Assembly: GCA_018895235.1 (NCBI GenBank)
Contig: JAHIOM010000013.1
Coordinates: 6,527-70,526, forward strand
DNA from: Patescibacteria group bacterium
Lineage (GTDB): Bacteria; Patescibacteriota; Minisyncoccia; Minisyncoccales; Staskawiczbacteraceae
DNA: 64,000 bases
Direction of reading: 5' to 3'
Of the stretch, positions 9,545 through 19,732 are shown in pieces; position 1 is the first letter of the stretch, and the number at the start of each line of letters is the position of its first letter. The notes beneath the pieces are model-generated. The model did no database searches, had not been told where the DNA came from, and saw only the letters and a list, made by a program, of their open reading frames with translations. A program made the position numbers and the translations under genes.

Positions 9545-10471
9545 ATGTCAGACGAAGTTGGTTATTTGGGACCCGGCACAGTAAGCTGGGGCTATATTGC
9601 TGCTGAAAAGTATTTTAATGGACAAGATGTCAAATTCACTACCCTTAAAACTCACCCCGACATTTGCAAGGCCGTTGCCGAAGAAAAAATTTCTCTGGGC
9701 GTCGTTGCCGTTGAAAATGTTTTAGATGGCGTAATCAGCGAAACGGTTCGGGCGGTTAAAGAACTGCACGAAGACGGAATCCGCATCTGCGGAGAGATTG
9801 AAATCCCCATCAGACATTTTCTCTTTAGAAATCCGAACAATGATGGTGCTGTTAAAATTGTCGCCTCCCACCAATCGGCTATAAGACAATGCAGCCGAGT
9901 AATGGGCCAGCTCCGACAATTAGGCATCACAACTCAAGCTGTTGATACAACTGCAGCGGCTGCCGAACTCTCCAGTAAGAATCCGGAATATCTGGCAATC
10001 TGTTCCGATAAGGCCGAAGGAGAATTCGGTCTTGTCCGAACAATAAAGATTGGCCAGACCAGTCTTAAGAATCCTTGGGAAAGACCCGAGAGGTTTCTTG
10101 TTTCGGAAGATCATATCGGCGACAATTACTGTAATTTCACAAGATTTTGGGTTGTCGGCACGAAGAAAACTACGTCAACTGGCAAAGACAAAACCTGTTT
10201 CCTCGTAGGATTAGACCAATCTGTTTCCGGCGGTCTTTGCAAGGTTTTGAGGTGTTTTGCCGAACGTAAACTCAATCTTCTAATCGTTTTGCCTATTCCT
10301 ATTTTCGGAAGAAAGTGGGAATATAATTTCCTTTTGGAATATTCCGGCCACATCCGTGACCAGGTAATGCAAGACGCCTACGAAGAATTGAAGGGTTGCG
10401 GAGCCTGCATTGACGGACCTACGGTTTTCGGTTCGTACCCTGTCGGTTCATATCCCGGCATCCTCAGTTAA
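9545..10471 (+). CDS. pheA: prephenate dehydratase with a C-terminal ACT-like domain
   Basis: PDT domain (ENVLDGVISETV, ...TRFWVVG) followed by a regulatory ACT-like C-terminus. Confidence 0.8.
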   Translation: MSDEVGYLGPGTVSWGYIAAEKYFNGQDVKFTTLKTHPDICKAVAEEKISLGVVAVENVLDGVISETVRAVKELHEDGIRICGEIEIPIRHFLFRNPNNDGAVKIVASHQSAIRQCSRVMGQLRQLGITTQAVDTTAAAAELSSKNPEYLAICSDKAEGEFGLVRTIKIGQTSLKNPWERPERFLVSEDHIGDNYCNFTRFWVVGTKKTTSTGKDKTCFLVGLDQSVSGGLCKVLRCFAERKLNLLIVLPIPIFGRKWEYNFLLEYSGHIRDQVMQDAYEELKGCGACIDGPTVFGSYPVGSYPGILS

Positions 10472-10490
10472 TTGAAAAAATCAAAAAACT

Positions 10491-10573
10491 GGGTAGGTGC
10501 CCGAGTGGTTTAAGGGGGCGGTCTGTAAAACCGTTGGCCAACGCCTTCGTGGGTTCGAATCCCACCCTACCCA
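10491..10573 (+). tRNA. tRNA-Tyr (anticodon GTA), class II with long variable arm
   Basis: Acceptor GGGTAGG/CCTACCC, anticodon stem-loop GCGGT-CTGTAAA-ACCGT (GTA), long variable arm, T-arm GTGGG-TTCGAAT-CCCAC, discriminator A. CCA is not encoded. Confidence 0.85.
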
Positions 10574-10596
10574 GTTCTTTTCAAAATCAAATGAAA

Positions 10597-10628
10597 AGCC
10601 CCAATCGTGAGATTGGGGCTATTTTATT
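10597..10628. terminator. bidirectional rho-independent terminator between tRNA-Tyr (+) and the aminotransferase (-)
   Basis: Hairpin AGCCCCAATC-gtga-GATTGGGGCT flanked by A-run/T-run. Confidence 0.6.
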
Positions 10629-11769
10629 AGAACATCTTTGGAGCAGCAAGGGCTTTCAATGTTTTGTCTATTCTATCTAATGCTTCTTTCAATGTGTCGA
10701 TAGACACTGCCGCGTAAGATATCCTTAAAAAATTATTATATGGACCAAAGGCTATACCAGGAGTTACGGCTACCTTGGTTTGATCTAACAACAAATTTGC
10801 TAAAGACATGGATGGCATCTCATAGCGAGAAAAATCAGGGAAAACATAGAAAGCTCCCATTGGTTTTGGATATGGGATGTCTCTTTTATCCAACCAAGAC
10901 ATAAGAAGTTGTCTACGTTGGTCAAGCGTCTCTATCATAAATTTTTCTGTATCATTATCGAGGATAGCTGTGGCTGCTTTCTGAGAAATGGCGCAGGGAC
11001 ATCCTACTGCCATTTCCAAATATAGTTGTATCTTTCCCACTACTTCTTCAGACCCCATAAGATACCCTATCCGCCAGCCAGTCATTACAAAGGATTTGGA
11101 ACAAGAACGAATAGTTATTGTTCTTTCTGCCATATTGGGTAGGCTGGCAATGCTAACACATCTGCCGCCGAAAACAATATTACAGTATGATTCATCAGTT
11201 ACGACCCACAAATGCTGGTCTAAGTCTTTTAGTTCCGCCCAATCCCAAATCATTCCAGTCGGATTATTCGGAGAGTTTAAGATAATCCCCCTTGTATTGC
11301 TTGTGATTAATTCTTTTATACGCTGACCCCTAAGTATAAACCCATCTTTACTAGTATCGACCAATACTGGTTTTGCTCCAAGATCTTTTACAAGATCCCA
11401 GAAAGGCGGATAGTAGGGCCCGGGGATCAGGATCTCGTCCTCGGGGTTGCAAAGAGCCCATAGGCTGGCTGCGATCAAGGGCTTAGCTCCTGGACCAATT
11501 ATTGTGTTGTTAAAACTAGCAGAAGATATTCCGCTTCTTTGGAAATCAACTACCGCTGCTTTTCTTAAATCTGCAATGCCTGATGCTGGAGTATATCCAG
11601 TAAAATTGTTCTTAATCGCCTCTATGCCCTTTTCTTTAATAAACGATGGGGTTTGAAAGTTTGTTTCGCCCACTTCTAGAGAAATTGCGCCTTCTACTGT
11701 TTTGGCTTTTTTGAAGAATTCTTGCAAAGGAGACGGCTGAAGAATTACTGCTCTGGTCGCAAGTTGCAT
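10627..11769 (-). CDS. class I/II (AspC/TyrB-like) PLP-dependent aminotransferase
   Basis: PLP-lysine motif SKSFVMTGWRIGY and overall class-I aminotransferase architecture. Context suggests an aromatic/aspartate aminotransferase. Confidence 0.8.
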   Translation of the reverse strand: MQLATRAVILQPSPLQEFFKKAKTVEGAISLEVGETNFQTPSFIKEKGIEAIKNNFTGYTPASGIADLRKAAVVDFQRSGISSASFNNTIIGPGAKPLIAASLWALCNPEDEILIPGPYYPPFWDLVKDLGAKPVLVDTSKDGFILRGQRIKELITSNTRGIILNSPNNPTGMIWDWAELKDLDQHLWVVTDESYCNIVFGGRCVSIASLPNMAERTITIRSCSKSFVMTGWRIGYLMGSEEVVGKIQLYLEMAVGCPCAISQKAATAILDNDTEKFMIETLDQRRQLLMSWLDKRDIPYPKPMGAFYVFPDFSRYEMPSMSLANLLLDQTKVAVTPGIAFGPYNNFLRISYAAVSIDTLKEALDRIDKTLKALAAPKMF

Positions 11770-11783
11770 TTCTTGCTCCTTTC

Positions 11784-12524
11784 TTATTTGTTTTTCAATG
11801 TGCTTAACTTTTTATCAATTTCAATCGCTTTTTTAATAAACTGTTTCCTTACTTCTTTTGTAAATCTGTTGCGGTTCTGCATATCATAAAATAGCTGTTC
11901 AGAATCATTGCTGACAATTCTGCCTATTTCCCTCAATTTCTCAAATGTCATTGTTGTGATATCAAGTTTTGGAATATCCATATTCGCAAATGCACGGCCT
12001 ATAAAATAGACCAAAGCAAGCGACATCGCATTCTGCCTGTCGTGCTCTTTGGGAGACATCTCTATTATTTTCAACCCTAATTTCTTGAATATCTTCTTAA
12101 TTTTTTCAAAGTTTTTCTTTGCAGCTCTAAGATTATAGAAAACTATTTGTAATCCTTTTAATCCTTTCTTTGCGCTGTCTGGCCCAAACATTGGATGACA
12201 GGAAATGATTTCTACGTCTTTATCTAAATGTTTCAACATCAGCTTTGCTGAGTATTCTTTCACAGAACAAATATCCATAATTATTTGACCCTTCTTAATC
12301 TTGTCTTGTATTTTTAATAGAACACTCTCTACCTCTGAAATTGGAATACATAAAACAATAATCTCTTGTCTACAAACCTCGTCTATGTTGCAGAAATTAA
12401 CGCCAATTTCTTTGGCTATGTTTAGTTTATTTTGTTTATCCGTAACTTTTATATTATGTTCTTTTGGCAAAATCCTGGCTAATAGATGCCCGAATCTGCC
12501 AAATCCTATAATGCCTATTTTCAT
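11784..12524 (-). CDS. tyrA: prephenate dehydrogenase (TyrA), NAD-binding
   Basis: MKIGIIGFGRFGHLLARIL Rossmann motif and IISCHPMFGP catalytic motif. Confidence 0.8.
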   Translation of the reverse strand: MKIGIIGFGRFGHLLARILPKEHNIKVTDKQNKLNIAKEIGVNFCNIDEVCRQEIIVLCIPISEVESVLLKIQDKIKKGQIIMDICSVKEYSAKLMLKHLDKDVEIISCHPMFGPDSAKKGLKGLQIVFYNLRAAKKNFEKIKKIFKKLGLKIIEMSPKEHDRQNAMSLALVYFIGRAFANMDIPKLDITTMTFEKLREIGRIVSNDSEQLFYDMQNRNRFTKEVRKQFIKKAIEIDKKLSTLKNK

Positions 12525-12546
12525 ATGTTATAACTATAACAATTTA

Positions 12547-12595
12547 TTTAAAAAAATCAAGATCAAAGAAAAGCCCCGAACTTTGCAGTCGGGGC
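12547..12595 (-). terminator. rho-independent terminator for the GC-rich gene at 12605-13498
   Basis: Minus-strand hairpin GCCCCGACTGCAAAGTTCGGGGC followed by a T-rich tract. Confidence 0.5.
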
Positions 12596-12604
12596 ATTAA
12601 TGAG

Positions 12605-13498
12605 CTACTCGAAAATATGGTCGATAATCTGCTGGACTTTTTGGGGGACCGAACCTTTGTCCAAAGGATGATGGACCAAGCGCTCGTAAAGGCGGCAGAT
12701 TGCGGCAAAGTAATTTGCTGCGCCATTTACGACATCTCCTCTCAAATGCTGGGTAGCCCGATTAAACTTTTCCTCTACCGGCTCTCCATCTCTTAGAATA
12801 ATTCTGTCTTCTTCTGCTATGGCAATATAGGGCGCTACCCTTGTCTTACGATTGAACGCGCGCCCCGCTTTTGTGTAGACAAACGAAAGGGACTTGCCAA
12901 AATATCGGACAAATTTATCATCGTACCATCTTTCGTCAAAAGAGAAATCTGAAGCCGCCCATCCTAGTTTAATCACTACACCATGTTTTACCTGATACCA
13001 TAACATATCTGCCAGTTCCCGTTGGGCATACTCTCCATTACGATTATCTCCGTTTTGAGTATCCACCTGCCGCATAAAAGCGGCATACTCTAGAGAAGAA
13101 TCAAATGAAGATGACCGCAGGATTACAAAATGGCTTAATCCTAATTTCTGTACGACTTTATTCATAACTGTTTCTATTTCGGCGGCTTTCTGCAAAATCG
13201 CCGCATGACTCTCTGGAAGGTTACACAAGGCATGAGTATCAGCGATATGATGAAAGACTTTAGAAAGTCCCAAAGCCGACCTCAGTTTTTCAGCAACCAA
13301 CACCATGGCCAGTATGTCAAAGGGCATACCAATAGTAATAGCGTGACTATTGCAAAGCCCTGTCCCATAGTACAGGGCACCACCCTTGCTATCCCAAAAA
13401 GAATCCGCAATCATTGGTAAAGAAAATTCGTGTTCAATAAGAGGCTCATTCTTGAGTAAGTTGACGAGCTTATCCTTGTCTACCCTAACCTTTTCCAT
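12605..13498 (-). CDS. hypothetical protein, conspicuously GC-rich (the track ORF extends to 13585; the likely start is ATG 13498 with SD AAAGGAG)
   Basis: 297 aa; no family recognised by eye. Embedded in the aromatic amino-acid block and has its own terminator. Confidence 0.4.
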   Translation of the reverse strand: MEKVRVDKDKLVNLLKNEPLIEHEFSLPMIADSFWDSKGGALYYGTGLCNSHAITIGMPFDILAMVLVAEKLRSALGLSKVFHHIADTHALCNLPESHAAILQKAAEIETVMNKVVQKLGLSHFVILRSSSFDSSLEYAAFMRQVDTQNGDNRNGEYAQRELADMLWYQVKHGVVIKLGWAASDFSFDERWYDDKFVRYFGKSLSFVYTKAGRAFNRKTRVAPYIAIAEEDRIILRDGEPVEEKFNRATQHLRGDVVNGAANYFAAICRLYERLVHHPLDKGSVPQKVQQIIDHIFE

Positions 13499-13807
13499 GG
13501 CAATCGATCTCCTTTCTCTGACGGTGGATTCGGTTGTGAAAGAACAAAAAAAACTGGTTTCTACAAACCAGTTCAGGAGTGTCAAATATTATTTATATTA
13601 CCTATTGTTTTAACATTCCAAAACTGGCTTGTATTTTCCCAGCCACGTAGTAATAATAAGAATAATATAAAACGTTAAAACACATAAATCCTATTATTAG
13701 AATATAATCCCAGCCAGAAAGTTTGTCAATACTAAAGAGGCTTAAAAACATTGAATAATTTTAATACTGAGTTAAAATTTAAAATTTTTAATTCAAGTGG
13801 CAGGTCT

Positions 13808-14500
13808 TTAATCTTTTAGTATTTCCCGAACAGTGGCATCGGCAAAAATTTTCATAGTATCATAAATTTTAATTTCCAGGTCTTGTGGGGTTATTAGCTG
13901 CAAATCGGTACATGCCAAGAGAATATTTTTTAAACCCTTTTCTTTAAAAGTGTTTATAATTTCGATTAGTTCTTCTTTGTCCTTATTGCTATGCTTATTC
14001 ATAACTAAATTATAGATTATTTCTCCGATTTTTTTCTGCTGGTGATTATCGGGCAAAACTTGTTTTATGTTATTCTTTAAAAAATAACTTTCGTATATTT
14101 TTTTCTTCAAAGTTATCTCAGTAGATAAAACACCGATATTTGAAATGTTTTTTTCCTTTAAAAATTTTGTCGTTTCTTCGACTATGCTTAACGCCGGGAT
14201 ATTTACAGAATTTCTAATATCTTCAATAAAAACATGCAAAGTATTGCATGGCATCACTAAAAAATCGGCGCCTGCTTTTTCTAATTTTTGAGCAGCTTCT
14301 GTTAAAAGTGGCACGTATCTTTCTTCTCCCATACCCCTTACAATAGCGTCTTCTTCAACGTCATAAGGTAAAGGAATACTGTAAATCAAAATCGGCGGTC
14401 TGTTTGTATTATTTAAATTTTGGCATTGAAGAATCAATTCTGAATAAAATTCAGAGGTTGTCTCTGGTCCCACTCCGCCGATAATACCTACGGTTTTCAT
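13808..14500 (-). CDS. Asp/Glu/hydantoin racemase-family amino-acid racemase
   Basis: N-terminus MKTVGIIGGVGPETT and two catalytic Cys contexts (LVMPCNTLH, LLACTDLQ) typical of aspartate/glutamate racemase superfamily. Confidence 0.75.
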   Translation of the reverse strand: MKTVGIIGGVGPETTSEFYSELILQCQNLNNTNRPPILIYSIPLPYDVEEDAIVRGMGEERYVPLLTEAAQKLEKAGADFLVMPCNTLHVFIEDIRNSVNIPALSIVEETTKFLKEKNISNIGVLSTEITLKKKIYESYFLKNNIKQVLPDNHQQKKIGEIIYNLVMNKHSNKDKEELIEIINTFKEKGLKNILLACTDLQLITPQDLEIKIYDTMKIFADATVREILKD

Positions 14501-14657
14501 ATATTTATTTAAAAAATGTTCTTTACTAATAATATTAATATAAGCTATTATACAATAATTTTCATAAAAAATCAGCCAGTTATAAAATCATTAAAAAATA
14601 CTCTTCTCAGTAAAATAAAAGGCCTACTCGAGAGTTCTCTTTCGGCCTATTTTTGTA

Positions 14658-15128
14658 TCAATCGAAATTTAAAAGCTTATATCCTTCCACTATTTTGTCG
14701 TGGGCAGTGGCTTTTAATGTGCTACCTTCCGGCGCTATTCTTTTGATAATTTTCCAGTCATTTAAACTGCTGGCAAGTTCGGCCATCTTCATTAAAGCAA
14801 GCGCTCGCAAATCACTCTTTTGCGGTGCGCGTCTGTAAATAATTCTCCAATTATCAAAATCAATCGGCATTTCTGCTAAAGTGTTGAACGCTCTTTGAGA
14901 AAGCGAATCGTTTGTATCGCAGGCGCAATATATTTCAACTAATTGTTCAAACCTCAATCCGTCCCAAAAATCAGGAGCCAATCGCTCTTGAAATTCGACG
15001 ACTGCTTTTCCAAAACCATTTTGCTTTATTGTTTCTTCGAAGGTCATATAAACTCCTTTCTTCTGTTGAAAAAGAACCATTGTCACAATTTCATTATTAT
15101 CTTTACCACTAACCTGCAAATTAGTCAA
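14658..15128 (-). CDS. hypothetical protein
   Basis: 156-aa ORF with no recognisable motifs. Confidence 0.3.
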   Translation of the reverse strand: MTNLQVSGKDNNEIVTMVLFQQKKGVYMTFEETIKQNGFGKAVVEFQERLAPDFWDGLRFEQLVEIYCACDTNDSLSQRAFNTLAEMPIDFDNWRIIYRRAPQKSDLRALALMKMAELASSLNDWKIIKRIAPEGSTLKATAHDKIVEGYKLLNFD

Positions 15129-15130
15129 TA

Positions 15131-16408
15131 TTACTCGCTTCTTTCCCCTAAAATAACGTCAATATTTATCTCCTCCCCCTTTCTTAAAACCTTAAGGGTT
15201 ATTTTGTCTTCAGGATTATAATCTGCAATAATTTTGGCTAGAGAATTATCTTGGGTGATTTTTTTCCCGCCAAACTCTAAAATAATATCGCCTTCTTTTA
15301 TTCCGGCTTTATCTGCAGCGGAGCCAGGGGTAACAGCTGTTTCGCTGTTTTCTCCTTTTATAACCAAGGCGCCATAGTTAACAGACAAGCTGTTTTTTTC
15401 TTTCAGTTGGTCATCAATTAAAACATATCTAACGCCTAAAAACGGATAAATAATTTTCCCACTTTCTTTAACTTGTTTGATGTCTCTCTTGGCCATATTA
15501 ATAGGTATGGCAAAACCAATGCTTTGAGCTGTTTCGGCTATAGCAGTATTAATACCAATCACTTCGCCTTTTAAATTTAAAAGCGGACCCCCAGAGTTTC
15601 CTTTATTAATTGCCGCGTCTGTTTGAATAATATCTTCTAATATTTCTGAGAAACCGCCCGACCCGGAAGCACTGACTGTTCTTCCTAAACCCGATATTAC
15701 CCCGACTGAAACAGTATTACGAAATTCTCCTAAAGCATTACCAATAGCAATCACTGTCTGGCCAATCTGTAAATTGTCAGAGTCGCCCAGCTTCACAACG
15801 GGAAAGGATTTAGAGTCAACTGCCTCAATTTTAATAATTGCCAAATCTTGAACCGGATCTTTGGCTAAAACTTTAGCTGAATACTTGTTACCGTCATTGG
15901 TAAAAACCGTATAATCTGCTTTATCGTCTAAAACTACATGTTTATTTGTTAGAATCAAACCATCTTCTGAAACAATAAATCCCGTTCCCCCTCCAACCTC
16001 TTGTTTTTCGGTACCTTTTTGGCGATAACCGGGAATTTCAAAAATAAAAGGGCTGTCTTCTCCAAAAGGATTATAAAAATACTCTTCCATTATCGGCACG
16101 TCTTTTGAAATAATAATGCTTACCACTGCCGGTGAATATTTTTTAACTGCGTCGATAATCGCCTCTTCTTGAGAGGTTTGGGACGCGTATTGATTGTTTT
16201 GGTTTAAAGAGGGGCTATTTATATTCAATCCCGGCAAATAATCTTTCAAATCCAAACAAAAATAGGTACTAGAGAAAAACCCGGCCATAAAACCAAAAAA
16301 AGAAGAAATTAAAATTATTATCAAAACAACCCGATAACCACGGTTTTGATAAATCTTTTTGAATGATTTTTTAAGTTTTTTGAAATTAAAAGGCGCTATA
16401 TCGTACAT
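15131..16408 (-). CDS. htrA: HtrA/DegP-family serine protease with N-terminal TM anchor and C-terminal PDZ domain
   Basis: Catalytic triad contexts TNKHVV, DLAIIKIE, GNSGGPLLN, and a PDZ-like C-terminus (GIKEGDIILEFGGKKI). Confidence 0.9.
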   Translation of the reverse strand: MYDIAPFNFKKLKKSFKKIYQNRGYRVVLIIILISSFFGFMAGFFSSTYFCLDLKDYLPGLNINSPSLNQNNQYASQTSQEEAIIDAVKKYSPAVVSIIISKDVPIMEEYFYNPFGEDSPFIFEIPGYRQKGTEKQEVGGGTGFIVSEDGLILTNKHVVLDDKADYTVFTNDGNKYSAKVLAKDPVQDLAIIKIEAVDSKSFPVVKLGDSDNLQIGQTVIAIGNALGEFRNTVSVGVISGLGRTVSASGSGGFSEILEDIIQTDAAINKGNSGGPLLNLKGEVIGINTAIAETAQSIGFAIPINMAKRDIKQVKESGKIIYPFLGVRYVLIDDQLKEKNSLSVNYGALVIKGENSETAVTPGSAADKAGIKEGDIILEFGGKKITQDNSLAKIIADYNPEDKITLKVLRKGEEINIDVILGERSE

Positions 16409-16666
16409 TTACCCAGTTAAATAAGACTTGAGCCTGTTTTTTAAGAACATCCGACCCAAGTATGTTTTTAAATATTTTTCACGATGAGTGGCATCTTGTT
16501 GATTTAGACACCCCTCAAAGTAAATAAGTTTGAATGGACTTTTATTTTTAGTATATTCCACTTTATTATTTTTATGTTGCTCAAGTCTTAATTTTAAATT
16601 TTTTGTATATCCTTTATACAATTCTTTAGTGTTTTTAAATTGTAAAATATAAATATAATGGAACAT
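16409..16666 (-). CDS. GIY-YIG nuclease-family small protein
   Basis: 85 aa; FHYIYILQ...LYKGYTKNLKLRLEQH matches the GIY-YIG core. Confidence 0.6.
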   Translation of the reverse strand: MFHYIYILQFKNTKELYKGYTKNLKLRLEQHKNNKVEYTKNKSPFKLIYFEGCLNQQDATHREKYLKTYLGRMFLKNRLKSYLTG

Positions 16667-16699
16667 ATAAAAATTTAAAATTATTTAACCGGGTGAACC

Positions 16700-17404
16700 T
16701 TATTTTTTAGAATAATGGTCAAACTTATATTTAAATATATCAGACCTTACCGGACCCCTCAAGATCATATGCAGCTCGCAAAAAAGATATTTTATCGCAG
16801 TCTTTGACCAACCTTCTTTGCGAAGCCGCCTGTCAGAAACAAAAATCTTCGTTGATTTTAAAATACCATATTTGGCTATTTTTTTTGCTCTCCTGGCTAA
16901 ATCATGGTCTTCTGCTAATTTGATTGTTTCGTCATAACCATTAAGGTTTGAAAAAACATCTTTGCGCGTTAAAATCCCCATTGCTGCGTGCGGTAAGGTT
17001 TTTTCTAAAACATAAATGTAATTATTATAAAATAAATTAAAGGCGAGCCGATGGATCTTCTTGCCCTTATATGGTAAAAGGCCAAAAGAAGCAAAATCAA
17101 GTTTTTTATTTTTAAATTCTTCCAGGGTTTTTTCAAAAAAGTTATCAGGCAAAACAGCATCAGCATCCAAAAAGAAAAGCAAATCTCCTTTTGCAACTTT
17201 AGCGCCTTCGTTCCTGCCTTTTGCCGGCAAACCACCCTTAATAACCCGGCAACCATATCGCTTGGCAATTTCTACGGTTTTGTCCATAGAACCAGCATCA
17301 GCCACAATTATTTCATAATCAGAGAAGTTCTGTTTTTTTATTGAATCTAAAAGCAGGGGCAGATATTTTTCTTCGTTTAAGGTTGGAACAATAATAGAAA
17401 TCAT
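16700..17404 (-). CDS. family-2 glycosyltransferase (the ORF extends to 17545 but the likely start is M at 17404)
   Basis: ISIIVPTLNEEKYLPLLLDSI...EIIVADAGSMDKT and the DXD context FLDADAV are GT2 hallmarks. Confidence 0.8.
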   Translation of the reverse strand: MISIIVPTLNEEKYLPLLLDSIKKQNFSDYEIIVADAGSMDKTVEIAKRYGCRVIKGGLPAKGRNEGAKVAKGDLLFFLDADAVLPDNFFEKTLEEFKNKKLDFASFGLLPYKGKKIHRLAFNLFYNNYIYVLEKTLPHAAMGILTRKDVFSNLNGYDETIKLAEDHDLARRAKKIAKYGILKSTKIFVSDRRLRKEGWSKTAIKYLFCELHMILRGPVRSDIFKYKFDHYSKK

Positions 17405-17417
17405 AAAAAAAGTTATT

Positions 17418-18416
17418 TTAGGGTTGAAACAATTTCCGAGCCTCGTTCCATATTTCCGGCTGATTATGTTTTTCTTTGAGCCAATACCACCATTCGGCGC
17501 CCCAAAGATAAAAAGTGTCAAAACCGGTTTTCTTGGCAAACTCAATATTATGCTTAAATTTTTCCAAATTCATTGATTTTTGCTGTTCTTCTATAGGCAA
17601 ATCATATAAAAGTATCGGTCCCCAGGGCTCTGCCTGAAGCTCAACACATTGCACTTCTTTGCCCAATAATGTTTTAACAAGCTGGGCCTTTGACCAATAA
17701 AACAGGGGGGGGAAGGGCACAGAGAAATAAACATTCAATTCTTTCGACCAAACCTTTTTATACATTGTAGTTCCTGCTATGTCTCCGATTTTGGCGGCTT
17801 TCAACCATAAAGAAAACTCTCCTGTATCTGAAATTATAATCGGTCTTTTTTGCAGGTCAAGAGATTTAACCAACTCTACCTCCTTTTTAAGAAAGTTTAT
17901 ATCGGTCTTAGGACATTCTCCAAACGGGAAAAACGGTTCATTCTCAACCTGCCAAGAGATAACAGCATTTGAATCTCTATATTTTAAAACCATTTCTTGA
18001 ATATATTCTAAAACCTCGTTTTCTCTCTCTTCTTTTGATAGGCCTTCTACCCAAGCCGGCATATGGCACTCTGGCCATCGCCCGGTTTTCATACCAATTA
18101 CCATCATTAACTTTACCCCATTTTCTTTTGCTTTTTTAACTTGCCAGTCCACATCGTCAAAAAAATAATCATTTCTTTTACCCTCAACCCAATCCCAATT
18201 AATAATAAGCTTAATATATTTTGCTCCTAAATCTTCAATCAGTGCCAAATATGTATCTTTCCAATCCAGACCCAATCTTTCAGTCTGCATCTGGGAAAAA
18301 TTAACACCCCATAAAATATTCTCGGCTTGAGGCGCCCGACCGATGAAAAAGTACAAAACCAAAAACAAAAATGACAAAACCAAAGCCAAAAGAATTATTT
18401 TCAGCGTTTTTTTCAT
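17418..18416 (-). CDS. secreted or membrane-anchored glycoside hydrolase, GH5-like TIM-barrel fold
   Basis: N-terminal TM/signal, and a conserved NEP motif (ISWQVENEPFF) typical of the GH5 catalytic acid. Confidence 0.45.
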   Translation of the reverse strand: MKKTLKIILLALVLSFLFLVLYFFIGRAPQAENILWGVNFSQMQTERLGLDWKDTYLALIEDLGAKYIKLIINWDWVEGKRNDYFFDDVDWQVKKAKENGVKLMMVIGMKTGRWPECHMPAWVEGLSKEERENEVLEYIQEMVLKYRDSNAVISWQVENEPFFPFGECPKTDINFLKKEVELVKSLDLQKRPIIISDTGEFSLWLKAAKIGDIAGTTMYKKVWSKELNVYFSVPFPPLFYWSKAQLVKTLLGKEVQCVELQAEPWGPILLYDLPIEEQQKSMNLEKFKHNIEFAKKTGFDTFYLWGAEWWYWLKEKHNQPEIWNEARKLFQP

Positions 18417-19699
18417 TCTTGAGAAATAATTTTTTCAATATTATAAGTTCCCATTTTCTCTATCTCAACAAAACCTTGCATAGCTCCCTCTGCCAGTCTT
18501 CCTCCTTCTAATAAATCAAAAAGCCATTGGTCAGTGTATTTCAGATTCTGTTGAGCAAAGCCCGCTCCTATGTGCAAAAGCCACTTTCGATTAAAATCCT
18601 CCTGTGAACCAATCGAGGGAGCCATAATAATAGGTATGCCCAAACCGGAATAAAAAGAGAGTTCTGAAGGTTTTGTCCAAAGAATATCTGTTTTTCTCAG
18701 TTTTCGGTTGAATGTTGAAAAGTAGTTATCTATGTTGTCGCTAAAGATTATTTCAATATTTTTATTCAGTTCAGATTCTAACCCCACCTCCCTAACATTA
18801 TCTAATAGAAAATCTCTAACTGTTTTTTTAATTCCGGCAGACAAAATCATTTTTATTTCGTTATTCTTTATTTTTTTGCTTAAACTCTTTAATATTTTGC
18901 AGCACATTTCCTTCTGGGCGCCCGCCCCGCCTATGGAAAACATTATTGTCAGGGGGTGATCTGATTTTTCTGGCAGTTCTCCGACATAATCTTCAATAAC
19001 TGGATGATACATCTTAGAGTATTGTTTTTTAGGATCGAGGTTTAAAAGCCGAAAAGCCAAATCTTCTTTTACAATCTCCATATTGCGACCGATATTTTCC
19101 TTTGGCAAAGGATAACCCGTTAAATACATGTTTTTTTCTTTTACCCCATAGAGTTTTAATCTATCTTGTACCCAAGTTGAAGGAGCAAAATATTTAATAT
19201 TGCTTTTTGCGGGGTCTAAAGAAACCCAAGATCTTGCAATATCAGCATCGCAGATAACGCAGTAAATCTGGCCCGGATAATTAAGGGCCTCTGCCATAAA
19301 GGCGGGTATAAAAAAGGTGCTGACAATCGGCAGAGGATTGGCGCTTAGGGTTTTGATTAGGTTTTCACCCCAACCTCTTTTAATTAAGGAAAAAATCCTC
19401 TTTAGGTTGGCATTCGACTTAGATAGATCCCGTCTTGGATAATAACTTAAAATACGCTGGAACTTATCAAAAAGAGAGAAAGCAAAATTGCCAACCAAAG
19501 GAACCCGCTTAACATTAGAAATAAACTCATAAAATTCCCGACTTGTTTCCCAAATCAATCTATCTTTATTCGGAATTCCTTCATAGTGATTAGCTTTAAT
19601 AATATCGTTGGCGCTTAAATCTTTTAAAGGATAGGCGGTTCTTTGGTGGCCGTAACCCATATCAACGGCTATTATCCAAGCTTTGTTTTGTTTATTCAT
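18413..19699 (-). CDS. GT28-like glycosyltransferase (MGDG synthase / UgtP-like)
   Basis: N-terminus AWIIAVDMGYGHQRTA resembles the G-rich N-terminal motif of MurG/MGDG-synthase/UgtP family. Size is about 430 aa. Confidence 0.45.
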   Translation of the reverse strand: MNKQNKAWIIAVDMGYGHQRTAYPLKDLSANDIIKANHYEGIPNKDRLIWETSREFYEFISNVKRVPLVGNFAFSLFDKFQRILSYYPRRDLSKSNANLKRIFSLIKRGWGENLIKTLSANPLPIVSTFFIPAFMAEALNYPGQIYCVICDADIARSWVSLDPAKSNIKYFAPSTWVQDRLKLYGVKEKNMYLTGYPLPKENIGRNMEIVKEDLAFRLLNLDPKKQYSKMYHPVIEDYVGELPEKSDHPLTIMFSIGGAGAQKEMCCKILKSLSKKIKNNEIKMILSAGIKKTVRDFLLDNVREVGLESELNKNIEIIFSDNIDNYFSTFNRKLRKTDILWTKPSELSFYSGLGIPIIMAPSIGSQEDFNRKWLLHIGAGFAQQNLKYTDQWLFDLLEGGRLAEGAMQGFVEIEKMGTYNIEKIISQE

Positions 19700-19732
19700 A
19701 AAAATTTAGGATTTTATTTGTGGTTTCATTCA

